Shown: positions 52,441-64,000 of the stretch, in pieces
Numbering within the stretch: position 1 is the first letter of the stretch
How the letters are laid out: the number at the start of each line of letters is the position of its first letter
Assembly: GCF_036321535.1 (NCBI RefSeq)
Contig: NC_087436.1
Location: 98,272,001-98,336,000 of the forward strand
DNA: 64,000 nt
Direction: 5' to 3'
From: Camelus dromedarius
Lineage: Eukaryota
The notes under the pieces: model-generated
What the model was told of the DNA's origin: nothing
The model's database searches: none
Seen by the model: the letters and a program-made list of their open reading frames with translations, nothing else
Made by a program: the position numbers and the translations under genes

Positions 52441-52546
52441 GATTTAATTTTGTCTTATAATTATGCAAAATGTTTATGTTTCCAAAGTCATATTTACAAT
52501 ATAATTTACATTCATAGATGGCTTTGGTTCTAATGCTATCCTCTCT
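52441..52546 (+). repeat. Dispersed duplication, copy A (matches 54126-54229)
   Basis: Manual alignment: 3 substitutions and 2 single-base indels over ~105 bp. Confidence 0.95.
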
Positions 52547-54125
52547 ACAGATAATGGAATCTTTCTGTCCTCACTCTTCTGCAACTCTCTTATTCAACAC
52601 TATTTTCTGGAAATACATAATATGTCCATTACAATGTTGATATGATTTCTCTTTCTGTCCTTTTTTAAAAACTATGCATAAGACTGTAATCAACATCCTT
52701 GTGCATTCTGTAGGAACATCAAATCTTACATGTTGATATTTGGCTTCTGCTAAATAAATTTATTGATTCAATATTTCTGGATTTAAGTATTATTTAGTCT
52801 GTAAATATTTCTGAATGAATCTCTAAAAGATAAGGGCTTCTTTTGTAAATAAAATCTCAATGCTATCATCATTTAAAAATATTAATAATAATTTTTTCAT
52901 ACAAAATATCTAGCCAGCATTCACTTTCTCATATATCTTTGAATCAGAATAATAAAAGGTAATTGTACTTTTTAAAAATTTGTTTCTTACATCTATTTTA
53001 ATTTATAGTTTCTTCCTGCATCATTTCATTTTCCTGAATTTCTCTTGTTATTCAAGAATTTCTGTTATTTTTGCAGAATGTTGCTGATTGTTTTCCAATG
53101 GTGCTTTAATTGTGTGCCTCAGTTCACTCTGTTCACTGGCAATCACTATTTCCTGGAAATCAGTAATGAGAACTAGAGGTTTGATTAAATCAGAGTAAAT
53201 ATAGAGAGAACTTCATATACGGTGTTGTATACTCATATCAGGAACTACATAATGTCGCTTGTCTAACTTTTTGTAATTCTAGTAACAGTTGGGATTGTGT
53301 TATTGAAGAATGCAATACTTCATATTCTAATTATTTTTCCAAATAAATGCTTGTATGGCAATGATCGAAAATATGTTTTCAAACATTATGAAATCATACA
53401 TGAACTATTTCTTACATATTTCAACATATTTAAGTCAGTGTTCTGAAGATGGTCTGTAAAGAGGAAGGTATTCAAGTGGCTCTTGAGTTCTTCTGATGTG
53501 ACCCTAGCTGTTTTCGCCGGTGCCCGTGATTCTTGGAATCATTTTAAACATTTTCTGTTCCCGACATGAAGCTGCTCTTGCTCTAAGAAACCCTGTGTCT
53601 TACAGTGGTCCTGCTTTTTAGAGAGCAAAACCTGTATACCTCAAGTGTTCAGGGCAGTGGATGGGCTAATTGATTCTCAGTGTTTTTAGCTAACAAAGCT
53701 AGAAAAGTGGTTTTTTATTAAAGTGACATATAAATTCAAAAATGTTCCCAATTGACCTTCAGAATTATATGATTCATCTCATCCTTCTATGCAATCTCTA
53801 CTCTCCCACACTAAAATTTTTAAGATCTTCTTACACAAACTTGGTTACTTATTTGTTTTTATCTTACCCTACATGCTTAACACTTAAAGCTGACAACACC
53901 ATAAGCAATATAATTAGTAAAAAAATTAACAATTATGTTAATATAAACATTGTTTTGATTTTTTTTTTTTAATCCTTGGGGAATATCCCACCAGGATGTG
54001 TAACAAATTATTCTGGTTTAATGTCACTTAAAAGACTTCCACTATGTGTGGTTACATCACAGGTTCATACCTCTACACACATTTTCATTTGCTTCAATTT
54101 CAATTTTTAAAAATTGCTTATCTTG

Positions 54126-54229
54126 GATTTAATTTTGTCTTATAATATGCAAATTGTTTATGTTTCCAAAGTCATATTTGCAATATAATTTACATTCATA
54201 GGTGGCTTTGTTCTAATGCTATCCTCTCT
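54126..54229 (+). repeat. Dispersed duplication, copy B (matches 52441-52546)
   Basis: GATTTAATTTTGTCTTATAAT..ATGC..TTCCAAAGTCATATTT..CTAATGCTATCCTCTCT is present in both copies. Confidence 0.95.
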
Positions 54230-56147
54230 TATCTATCCCCTTCCTTACCTATAAGCAAATGTTTTTAAAGTGTTATAGTTACCCTTCCATAATTCTTAAT
54301 GAGAAAAGGCAGATATTTGCATTTATGGGAACTCCTTTAGCTAGCTTTTTCATTTTTCTGAACCTCTAAAAAAGTATACATAGATATATGTATTTCATTT
54401 CCTCTTTACCTTTTTTAACTTAACAATCAATCCTGTTATCCATTCTTTATAAACTATAGATAAGCCTCTCATTCCTTTTTGCAGTTACATGGTATTCTAT
54501 TGTAAAGATTTTCTTTACAATTTTAGTTTCTTAAGTCAGTTGCCTAGTTTCACCAACCTCCTGCTATGAGAAATAGGGCTGCGACAAATACCTTTATGTA
54601 CATCTTTTCATGTTGTGCACCCCAGGAATATAACCTATAAATAGAACTAGTGGACAAAAGGGTAAATTTATGTATAGTACTTGGTTAGTTGGAAAGGAGT
54701 TTATTTTATTTATTTCATACTTTTATTTTAAATATGTATGCATTTTTTTGCCAACACTATTAATTCTTTGAACACACAACTAAAATAAATTTTATAAGGT
54801 TTAGTAAAGTAATATTGTTTTAAATATATCAACCATATGAAATTTAATGCACTCTCTTTGTGCTATTTATGTTTTTAATTTTGTTATTTTTTCATCAAAG
54901 AAATAGCTGATTAAAATGTCATTTTTAACAGATTCATTGAGAGTAGAGTGCAGCTTTGCATTATGACTACTATTTTTATCAAGCTACAGTTTTCAGAGTT
55001 ATCATTATTTAAGTTGATGGTGAAAAGGAACTCTTAACTTAGCCCTGACTTATTGTTAGTATTATTATTCTTATTACCATTATTATTATTATTCCCTTAA
55101 GTGGGAAAAATTTAAATAAAAGTTAACCTGCTATCTATAAGGGAAATTAAATTAAATCTATAAAAAAATTACTGCATGGAAAAGGAGACATAAACATAAA
55201 CATTTTGAATAGACTCAAGACTGTTGGGCTAGCATTTAACCTTAGTTTAGAATGGTGTCATTAATACCCTTTGTTGCCATTTAACTCCTGTTTTCTTTCT
55301 TTGAAAATATTCTTGGTTTCCTGTGTAGCACTTAATAATTATCTGAACCTCAGAAATAGCAATTTATAAGCATGCCTTTCTTTGCTTTAATTACAAGCAT
55401 TTGCTTGTATACAAAACTAATAACATTGCCTTTAGAAATGCTGATATAGCACTCCTATGATAAACTATTTCCCAAGCCCAGATTCAGGGGTGAAAACATA
55501 TGCTACCTCTTGATGGGAAAAGAATCAAAGTTAATTACAAAGAGGCGTGAACATGGGTACAGGAGACTTTACTATATTTACAAAGAATCTACCAACAGTC
55601 CTATGATCTTATCAACTGTCACATTAAAAGCAACTATAAGAAAATATGCAATTAAAAACATATATAAATAATTCTTTGAACATTTAACTTTAATAACTGT
55701 AGTTATATTTATTACATGTACAACCTGTAAATAGAACCAATATGTATCACTGAAGTTCATAACATCCTAACTAATGCATGTAAGATGTGGAAGGTAAGTG
55801 ACAAGGACACCCTGTTCATTTGTTTCTTTGCAATTGCTACTGACAAAAGGCCGTAAGATTTATGGGATAAATCCATAGTACGGCACCTACTTGTACTTTC
55901 CTTGAAATAATTATGTAAGAACCTGATTTCATGTACTGCATCAATTCCTATTTAAAATAGGTAGACTGTATTTTTGTTTATTTATTCCCTACACTGAATA
56001 TTGGGTAATAAAGGGCCTATTTTGTCACAACATATAATTTTACAATGCCTACAAAATAAAGTGATATTTATTGAGCGCTCACTACTCCATTCATAAATTA
56101 TCCCAATGCATCCATAAAATTTCTAATTTAAACAAAGAATGATTTGA

Positions 56148-56304
56148 ATAGATGGAGCACAAGGGATTTTTAGGGCAATGAAATTATTCTGTATGATACT
56201 GTAGTGGTTGTTGCGTGTCATTATGCATTTGTCAGAGCCCACAGAACATACAACATCAAGAGTGAACCCTAATTTAAACTACAAACTTTGGTTGACTAAA
56301 AAAG
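56148..56304 (+). mobile_element. Internal L1MC 3'UTR fragment with a short A-tail and a perfect 13-bp TSD
   Basis: ATAGATGGAGCACAAGGGATTTTTAGGGCAATGAAATTATTCTGTATGATACTG...AAGAGTGAACCCTAAT, flanked by AAGAATGATTTGA at 56135-56147 and 56305-56317. Confidence 0.88.
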
Positions 56305-56446
56305 AAGAATGATTTGAGAGAAAGATTCTTACGGACCCATTTGATAAATGAAATCAAATTTTTCACTGTAGGAGAAAGAGAATAAAAATAGGAAATGGCA
56401 GAAAGTCAGAAAGAAAATATGAACCTAAGTTAGAAGTAGCAATATG

Positions 56447-56781
56447 TATGGTAGGTAGAATAATGACTCCCCAGAGATGTCCCTGTTCAAATCCTGGAAC
56501 CTCTAAATATGTTACCTCACACGGCAGTAGTCTCTGTAGATGTGATTAAGTTAAGGAACTGGAGATGGGAAGATTATCCTGGATTATCTGGGTGGACCCA
56601 ACTTAATCATACGGCAGGAAACTCACAGTCAGAGAGAGCCTCCAGAAGGAACGCAGCCCTGCCAACACTTTGATTTTAGCCCAGTAAGTTCTGGCCTTCA
56701 GAACTCAGATAATAAATGTGTGTTGTTTTAATCCCCTAAATTTGTGGTAATTTGTTACAACAGCAACAGGAAACTGATACA
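56447..56781 (+). mobile_element. MaLR solo LTR (MLT1C/D-like) with an internal deletion
   Basis: GGTAGGTAGAATAATGACTCCCC..GATGTGATTAAGTTAAGGA..GGAAGATTATCCTGGATTATCTGGGTGGACCC; end GGTAATTTGTTACAACAGCAACAGGAAACTGATACA. Confidence 0.9.
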
Positions 56782-56929
56782 GTGTAGGATCTTTGTTTTT
56801 TTTTATTATTATTATTCTTTTTGTTAACTCATTGTAATAAAATACACAAAAAGAAATAGGTACATATTATCACACTGAACCAGAAAGAAGGCCAAAAAAC
56901 TGAACATTCTCAAAAACCGAGAATCTCAA

Positions 56930-57320
56930 CCTAATAATACATTTAGCTGCCTTTTTGCTTTTTATTTATAGAAATAGTATGATATTGTATGTAACCTTTT
57001 TTTTTTTTTTTTTGGTCTTTTACTCAACACTATGTCTGTAGCTCTTATCCACATTTATTTGTGTAGTTGTATATTATTAAGTACTCAATTCTATATATTA
57101 TATCATTATATCATTTCTTTACCAATTCTACCAGTAATAGTCTTTTGAATATTTTCTTTTTTTCCCAACTATAAACAGCACAGTTATGAACCTTCTAGTA
57201 CATGTCTCTTGGGAACATGTGCACATATGTGTGTTGATTACATATCTAATGGAATTTACTGGAAGTGAAAGCTTGTTGAGGTAAAAGATGTCTATATGTT
57301 CAGGTTTAGACAGTTTTAAC
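56930..57320 (-). mobile_element. Old L1 (L1ME-like) 3' fragment
   Basis: ACTATAAACAGCACAGTTATGAACCTTCTAGTACATGTCTCTTGG and TTTTACTCAACACTATGTCTG. Confidence 0.6.
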
Positions 57321-57329
57321 AGCAACAGA

Positions 57330-58870
57330 TTGAGAATGGGAGATAACCCCAAATTCTTTGACAAGCCTCCCAGTTAGAGGTGGGGGGTCTACTGTATTCA
57401 TTCCCTTGACTCTAGGCAGGCTGTGTATCTTCCTTGAACAAGTGTCCATGGCAGGATGATGTACCTGTTCCTGGGGAAAGGCTGCTTCTACATCTACTTT
57501 AAACATGCTTGCTTATAGTCCCATCCCTTTTGGGAACCAGCCACAAGTGCTGTGAGAGACTCAAGACATATGGAGAAGCCACGTGTAGGCACTCTTTTCC
57601 ACAGCCCAAGTAGAGCTCCCAGCATCAGCTACTGTCATCCCAACTCAAGTGCCAGACATGCGAGTAAGAAAGCATCCTGGAAAGTAAGTTTTCCAGTCCT
57701 AGCCACCCCACTTAACACTATGTAGTTTAAAGGAAAAAAATCCAGCCAGATCCTTTCCAAATTTCCAGCTCACAAAATAAAGTGGTGTTTTAAGCCACTG
57801 AGTTACAAAGTAGTTTATTACACATCAGCATAGAAGTTGCAGGAAATTTGGTGTCTGCAGGTGGAGTACCATGTACCAAAGCATGACCCTGGCTTTCCGA
57901 CTAGGCAGGGAGCAGAGGCTGGGAATGATTTGAGGCTGTAAGTCAAAGCCGAGACTTCAAGACTGGAAGGATAGTGAGAAAGTGTTGTAGAAAACTGGAG
58001 GAAAGACATAACTGTTATAAAATGGTGGTTAATTTGGCAACAATATTACCTACAGGAATGTAGAAAATATAAAAGGCATCTAATTTAGTAGCTGACTTAA
58101 CTGGGGGTTAGTTTCAAGAGCAATGCAGGGAATGACATGTGGCTTTGACCCACTGCCTATGATAAAATACAGGAAGAGTAGAGATGGATTAAAGAAGGAA
58201 CTAGTATGATTTTGAGTTGCGTTTAAGGGAAATATAAAGGTGCAGGAAATTCTGGATTTGAAAATGAAATTGCTTCTCACTTCTAGGCGCTCCCAGAAAA
58301 TGAGTCTTAAAATAAGAAATAACTTCCAAGTAAGAATAAATTCATTATGAAACTATAATATTCTCTGTTAAGTCCTAAGAAAACTCTTAGGCAGATAACC
58401 TGTCTTTTTAGTTCATAGATCTTTAGATTTAAAACAACTGCACCTGAGAAACTTTATTTATTTCTGTGCCTGATTTAAATGGTGAGATCTTAGACCTTTA
58501 TCTTGTTCTTGTGCTTAATCTTGTTCCTGTAATAGGTTAGACTTTCTGTAGTCTTGGAAGGGAGGTAGTTTGTATGTGTCAGGAATATAAATAATTTGTG
58601 CCTGCAGTATGGATTGTAGTGGTCTTCATATAACTACAGATCCTTTGATATTCTTTCCATCTAGAAAGAGAGGTTGTCTCTCTTTCCCTTTGTCTTTAAT
58701 CCATCCAGGATCTGTGAGTGCTTTGACCAAAAGAATATGGCAGGATCGATGCTGTGTCAGTTTCCAGAGCCAGGCCTATGTCTTGTCTCTTGAAATTGTT
58801 GCCTCTGGGAATGCAGCTTCCATGACATGAGAAGCCCATGTGTATGTGCTCCAGTAACAGCCACAGCTCT
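57330..58870 (+). mobile_element. MaLR LTR-internal-partial LTR unit (MLT1G/H-like)
   Basis: The LTR ends AAAATAAAGTGGTGTTTTAAGCCACTGAG..., followed by GAAATTTGGTG..GGTGGAGT (MaLR-internal start). A second LTR starts at ~58610 (GATTGTAGTGG..TCCTTTGATATTCTTTCCATCTAGAAAG) and resembles 57350-57410. Confidence 0.7.
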
Positions 58871-59179
58871 CAGTTTTCTATAATTTTAGTTAATCTGATT
58901 GTTAAATGTTCTACCAGTTTTAATGCCTTTAAAAATATTATTATGAAACTAGGAACTGTCAATTCTACATGAATTTGGTTATAATGAGGTGTAGACCCTG
59001 CTAACTGGCCTTCTTCCAATATCCGTTTCACATTCTTTCTTTACAAATCAACTCCAATAATTTTAGAGCAGAATGGTGTTGAACTTAATCCTCAGTTCCT
59101 TTTAGTTATAGGGATGTCACAAAGCTGTGGCCCATGGTATGTAGACATCAGTGGCTGGGAAGGATTTAAAAAGTTAGTG

Positions 59180-60640
59180 TCTCATGGAAAGACATCTTGT
59201 GTTCATGAATTTCAAGACAATATTGTTAGGATAGCAATACTACCCCAAAACTCAGTGTAATCCCTACCAGTGTCCCCGAAGTTTTTTTTTTCCAGAAACA
59301 AACAAAAAAACCTGATACTAAAAGATATATGGAACTGCAAAAGACGTAGAATAGACAAATCTTTAAAAGAAAAAGAAAATTGGAGGGTTAATTTCAAAAC
59401 TTACTACAAAGCTACAATAATCAAAACAGAAGTATAGGCTTAATTATGGGCATATAGATCAATATAATAAAATTGAGAGTCTGTTATTAAACCCATAGAA
59501 GAGTGATTGATTTTCAACAGGATGCCAGGATCATTCATTGGGGAAATGATAATCTCTTCAACAAGTGGTGCTTGAACAGCTGGATATCTACATGCAAAAG
59601 AGTAATGTTGGGCTTTTATTTTACAACACACTCAGAAATGAACTAAAAATGAACCAACAGCCTGAATGTGACCGTTACATCTAGGTAACTCTCAGAAGAA
59701 AATATTCGTATAAATCCTCATGACCTTATATTTGGTAATGGACTTTTAGATATGGCATCAAAAGCACAAGCAACAAAAGAAAAAATAATAATAAACTGGA
59801 CTTCATAAAAATTAAAATTTTTTTGTGAATCAAAGGATAATGTCAAGGTAGTGATTAAAAGCAGGCAAAGGACTTATCAACATTTCTCCAAAGAAAATAT
59901 GCAAATAGCTAACAAACACATTAAAAGATACCCAACATCATGAGTCAGTAGTGTAACAGAAATCGAGTCCAGAATGAGATACCACTTCACGCTCATTCGA
60001 ATGGCTATAAAAAAGTAAAGAAACTAACAGATATTGGCCAGGATGGTGGTGGGTATGTAAAATATTGCAGTTTCTGTGGAAAACAGTTAGCAAGGCCTCA
60101 GAAAGTTAAACATAAAGTTTTCACATAAGCCAGAAATTCTACTAAGTATATACCCCCAAAGTTGAAAACAGGTGTCCAAATACTTGTACAAGAATTTTCA
60201 CAGCTGCGCTAGTCTCAATAGCCAAAAGGTAACCTAAGTTTACATCAACTGATGAATACAAAAGCAACGGTGGTGTCTTTATACAGTTGAATTCTATTTG
60301 GCCATAAAAAGGAATAAAGTACTGCTACATGCTACCATGTGGATCAATCTCAAAAACTTTATGCTAAATACAGAAGAATCTAGACACAGAATGTCACAAA
60401 GTGTGTGATTTCCTATATATGAAATATACAGATTAGGTAAACTCGTGAAGACAGAAAGCAGATTAGTGTTTACCAAGGGGTGGGAAGATATTGCTTAATG
60501 AATATGGGGTTTCCTTTCATGGGGATGAAAATATTAGGGAGTTAGAGATGATCGTTGTGCAGTATTTTATGTACTAAATGCCACTGAATTGTACACTTCC
60601 AAGTGATTAAATTGTGTGTGTTTTACCTAAATTTAAAAAG
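59180..60640 (+). mobile_element. L1MB-like ORF2 3' part and 3'UTR
   Basis: CATGGAAAGACATCTTGTGTTCATG, TTCAAAACTTACTACAAAGCTACAATAATCAAAACAG, GAGATACCACTTCAC, GCCATAAAAAGGAATAAAGTACTG, AATGCCACTGAATTGTACACTT. Confidence 0.92.
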
Positions 60641-61427
60641 TTATAAACTACACACAAAATATAATACTGTGTCTTAAGATACGTATTTTGAGTTTCTTCC
60701 TGATTCCTAACAGAAATGCAGGTGAAAGCAGTCATTTTGAGACCTTAAAAATTAAAGGCAAAAATTAAAGAAAGTTGAGCAGAAAGAGATTGTCTTTGCC
60801 TCAGATGAGTTAATATGAGAGAGAGAAAGAAAACACAACAAAGAAAACATACTATTTAATGGCATTAAGGAAGTGTTCTGTTACAACCAAATCAACCTTA
60901 TCCAATAATTTAGCTGTAAAGACATTGTAAACCTATATAGACAAAAATCATGGAAAACATTTTAAAGTTATTGTGGAAAATAATTTTATTAACCCAAATT
61001 TAGTTCACTATGTATATTAAAATGAGCATAAAAACTCAGAAATTTGAACATGGATTTCGAGGACAACTGTTAAAATATGCATTGGTAATATGCTTCTCAT
61101 TTTAAATAGCCAAGATGTTCATTAAACAGCTATTTTTGTGGATTTGCTGCATGGATTATATTTGAGACAGAGTCCTCCAGGAGATGAAGGCAGACTGTGA
61201 TTTCAAAGATGGTCAGAAATAGACTTATTTTGGAAGGTTAAGTAAAATTTGAAGTAATGAGTCAAGCTACTTAATTCCCTAAAAATGTCTTCCTCCATTC
61301 CATTAATATTTTAGGTATATAAATTTTGGTGATTTAAAAAATTTGTCTATTTTTTTGTCATCTCTCTGTTTCTAAATTCTGCCATGTCAGGTATGTATTT
61401 TTTGATCATTCTATCTCCACATCTAGT

Positions 61428-61618
61428 TAGGGTCACCAGATTTAGCAGATTAAAAAAATACCCATTTAAATGTTATTTTCAGGTACACAACAAATACATT
61501 CTTCCTATAAGCATGTCTCAAATATTGCAAGGGTTGTACATATTCTGGAAGCATATTTGTTAACTGAAACTCAAATTTAACTAGGTGTTTGTTTTTTTTA
61601 TCTTATCTGACAACCCTA
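61428..61618. mobile_element. MER53-like hAT MITE
   Basis: Terminal inverted repeats TAGGGTCACCAGAT ... ATCTGACAACCCTA around a 191-bp AT-rich element. Confidence 0.85.
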
Positions 61619-62999
61619 ACTAGTGGTACCTAAGACAAAATGGGCACTCAGCATATTTTTTGTTTAAAAAACGTATGAATGAATACACCTTTCCACCCCA
61701 GTCAAAACTCAGTGGCTCATATTCTCATTGATACTGAAATGTTAATTCCCAGTTCTGTTTCTATGGACAGTCCTTTTTCCTTCCCCCACGTTGCCTACAC
61801 TGTCTCTCTAACTAAAGTTAGCCCCCCATTACCTTTTTCATCACTTGATTCAAAACTGTTCTTTTCAGATACATTTTATCTAAATATTGTAACATATTGT
61901 GGTTTATTCAGTTTTGGATAATGCCTATACTCTGTATTACCTAATGACATTACGTCTTAATTTTCCCACATTTTAGACATACACTTCAGTGTTATATAAG
62001 AAATACCTTTTTAGTGGACTAGGTAAAATGGGAGGTATATGCTGTGTACACTGGATTGCCTTGGAATGCTTTAATACTTAGACTTGTTTCAGCTCATATA
62101 ATATGAGAGGACTAGGTTGGAATTCCAGTACCTTTTATGATTACCACTACAAACCCACAAAATGCAAAACCCCTAGTGCCACACAATCCAACTGATTTAC
62201 AGCCAAATTAGAACAAAGGACTGAAAGATCTCAGCCAACCACCAAACCATGTCAGAAAAAGATAAGCACTTTCAAGTTGATTATATGCTTGTCATGTCAA
62301 TTAACCCAGTATCCCATTAATAAGCTACTCATGAGGATTCAGTTGCATCATGAGTAGCACAACTACCATTTTTCCTGCCAAAAATATCTTTGTAAGAGAT
62401 TGTTTGAACTAGAATTTTCATTCCCCTGGAGGAAGTTTCCTTTTGAAACTTTCCTCTGAAAAAAAAAAGCTCAGTATGATACAGATTGTTGTATAAATTC
62501 TCAGAGCCAGGTTTGTTTTGTTTTGATTTTTACGTTTTACAGAAGAAGCATCTGACAAATTATTTTTGTGGGGATACTTTAATATAAAGGTTTAGGGAAA
62601 TTGGTGGTGGAATTGGGGTATTTGTGTTAATTTTGGTCAAAAATAAAATATGAGAGGAAACTTTGCTGTTGTTCAAGACTTTAACTTTGAACAACCTTGG
62701 CCAAATACACACAAAGTCAACTACAGAATCCTGCATATATATTTCATCTTGACATACGCAGGTTCAGGTTGTTTTACAGAGTTCTGTCACTACTGAAAGG
62801 CACCAGAGCCCTAAACTTAAACCTCTTGAAAATCTTAAAGTTGATTCGAGAGTTATAATAGTTTCATCTCAGTCACAGAACCTGACCTGTCAAGTCTTTA
62901 ACTTTTACAAACTCTGCTTCTTCAGCAAGTATGTCTTAATATGTTTGACTGACTGCTAGAGTGTGTCTTTGAAAACAGCTTTCTTTTCTCTTCTGGCTT

Positions 63000-63002
<3 letters not shown>

Positions 63003-63036
<34 letters not shown>
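63003..63036. repeat. (AC)n microsatellite
   Basis: About 17 perfect units. Confidence 0.97.
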
Positions 63037-63038
<2 letters not shown>

Positions 63039-63592
63039 GAAAATGCCTCTGAGCGAACATGGATTTCAGACTACTCAATGTTCACTGTAGAGTTTTTCTG
63101 TTTCTTTTCTAAGTCTCAGCTGACTGCAGTGTCACAAGATCATCAGTGTCACATGTATCCTAATCCCAAGGCTCTGGTATGGTTGCTCCAAATATGATGA
63201 TATAATGAGGGACCTATAATATTATTCACTCTGATACAACTCTTAGAAAAATATGAACCACATCAGTTACTTACATTCCTTTTCTGTTACTTAGTAAAGC
63301 CTGAATTTATAAGATCAAAATAGATGATAGAGTTTGGAAGGTAGTAGTGAATTATCAGAAACTTTTCCTTAATATGTGTCATGCATAAAGTATAAGACAA
63401 TAGTCCCAGATGGTTTTACTCATGAACCTCCAATTCTCGCCCCCGTCTCTTTACAAATGAAGACACTCTCAGGCTGATTGAAAGGCAGATCACATCAGCA
63501 ATGTTTCGAATCTGACTGACTGACAAAAGAATGAGTCCACTTAAAAAGAAAGAGAGTTTTATATAGATGCCAAACTTATGCCATTGCAGCTT

Positions 63593-63741
63593 TTTAAAAA
63601 ACTTAATTTAATTATTATTTTTTCTTTTTTTGGGGAGGGAAGTAATTAGATTTATTTGTTTTTAATGGAGGTACTAGGAATTGAACCCAGGACCTGGTAC
63701 ATGCTAAGCACACACTATCACTGAATTATAACCTACTCCCC
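63593..63741 (-). mobile_element. tRNA-derived camelid SINE (Vic-1-like)
   Basis: The minus strand reads GGGGAGTAGGTTATAATTCAGTGATAGTGTG..GCTTAGCATGTACCAGGTCCTGGGTTCAATTCCTAGTACCTCCATTAAAAACAAATAAATCTAATTACTTCCCCTCCCC plus an A-tail. It has degenerate A- and B-boxes. TSD TGCCATTGCAGCTT (63579-63592) / TGCCACTGCAGTTT (63742-63755). Confidence 0.88.
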
Positions 63742-64000
63742 TGCCACTGCAGTTTAGTCTGTGGATTTTAATTCTCAGTACATTTATTGCTATCCTTCAT
63801 TTCGTTAATTTGTGAAGTTTCCTTGTCCTCTTACTATGCCCAGATGACAACAGTATGCAAAATCTATCATGAAGTACATGCAAAATGTCTTAGTCAGCTT
63901 GTGTGTGCAGCCATGTGGATGTAGTTCTGTGCGCCTGTGTCTCCCTGATTTCTTCCTTCTACACATGAATACACAATGTCTTTCTGTTTTGCTCTGTACT

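Noticed and set aside
63670..63741. tRNA gene
   Set aside because: It is the tRNA-derived head of a SINE, with a degenerate acceptor stem and A-box, an attached SINE tail and a TSD.
1..64000. A novel multi-gene system, CRISPR array, operon or intact protein-coding gene
   Set aside because: The DNA is mammalian and repeat-rich. The longest ORF is 137 aa. There is no repeat-spacer array and no chain of exons encoding a recognisable protein.

Overview
AT-rich, CpG-depleted eutherian mammalian genomic DNA, not prokaryotic. A tRNA-derived Vic-1-type SINE near 63.6 kb and the absence of recognisable Alu, B1/B2, Bov-A/BovB, PRE or Can-SINE elements point to a camelid (inference). I see no intact protein-coding gene, RNA gene or CRISPR array. 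The short ORFs in the track are decayed L1/L2/ERV sequence, microsatellite read-through or chance. Much of the window is interspersed repeats: L1 and L2 fragments, MIRs, MaLR (MLT1) LTRs including two LTR-internal-LTR units, solo ERV LTRs and hAT MITEs (MER45-, MER5A- and MER53-like). The most informative structures are: (1) a 2.0-kb internally deleted class I provirus with both LTRs, a tRNA-Ile primer-binding site and an integrase remnant (5670-7694); (2) a ~105-bp near-identical dispersed duplication (52441-52546 and 54126-54229); (3) an internal L1MC fragment with a perfect 13-bp TSD (56135-56317); (4) an L1 that keeps both ends but has two large internal deletions (26064-29356); (5) several repeat-free motif clusters, including a speculative two-exon smORF transcript (18.7 kb to 22.9-23.06 kb). 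I found no convincing novel biological system. Repeat subfamily names come from remembered consensus sequences, and many boundaries are approximate.
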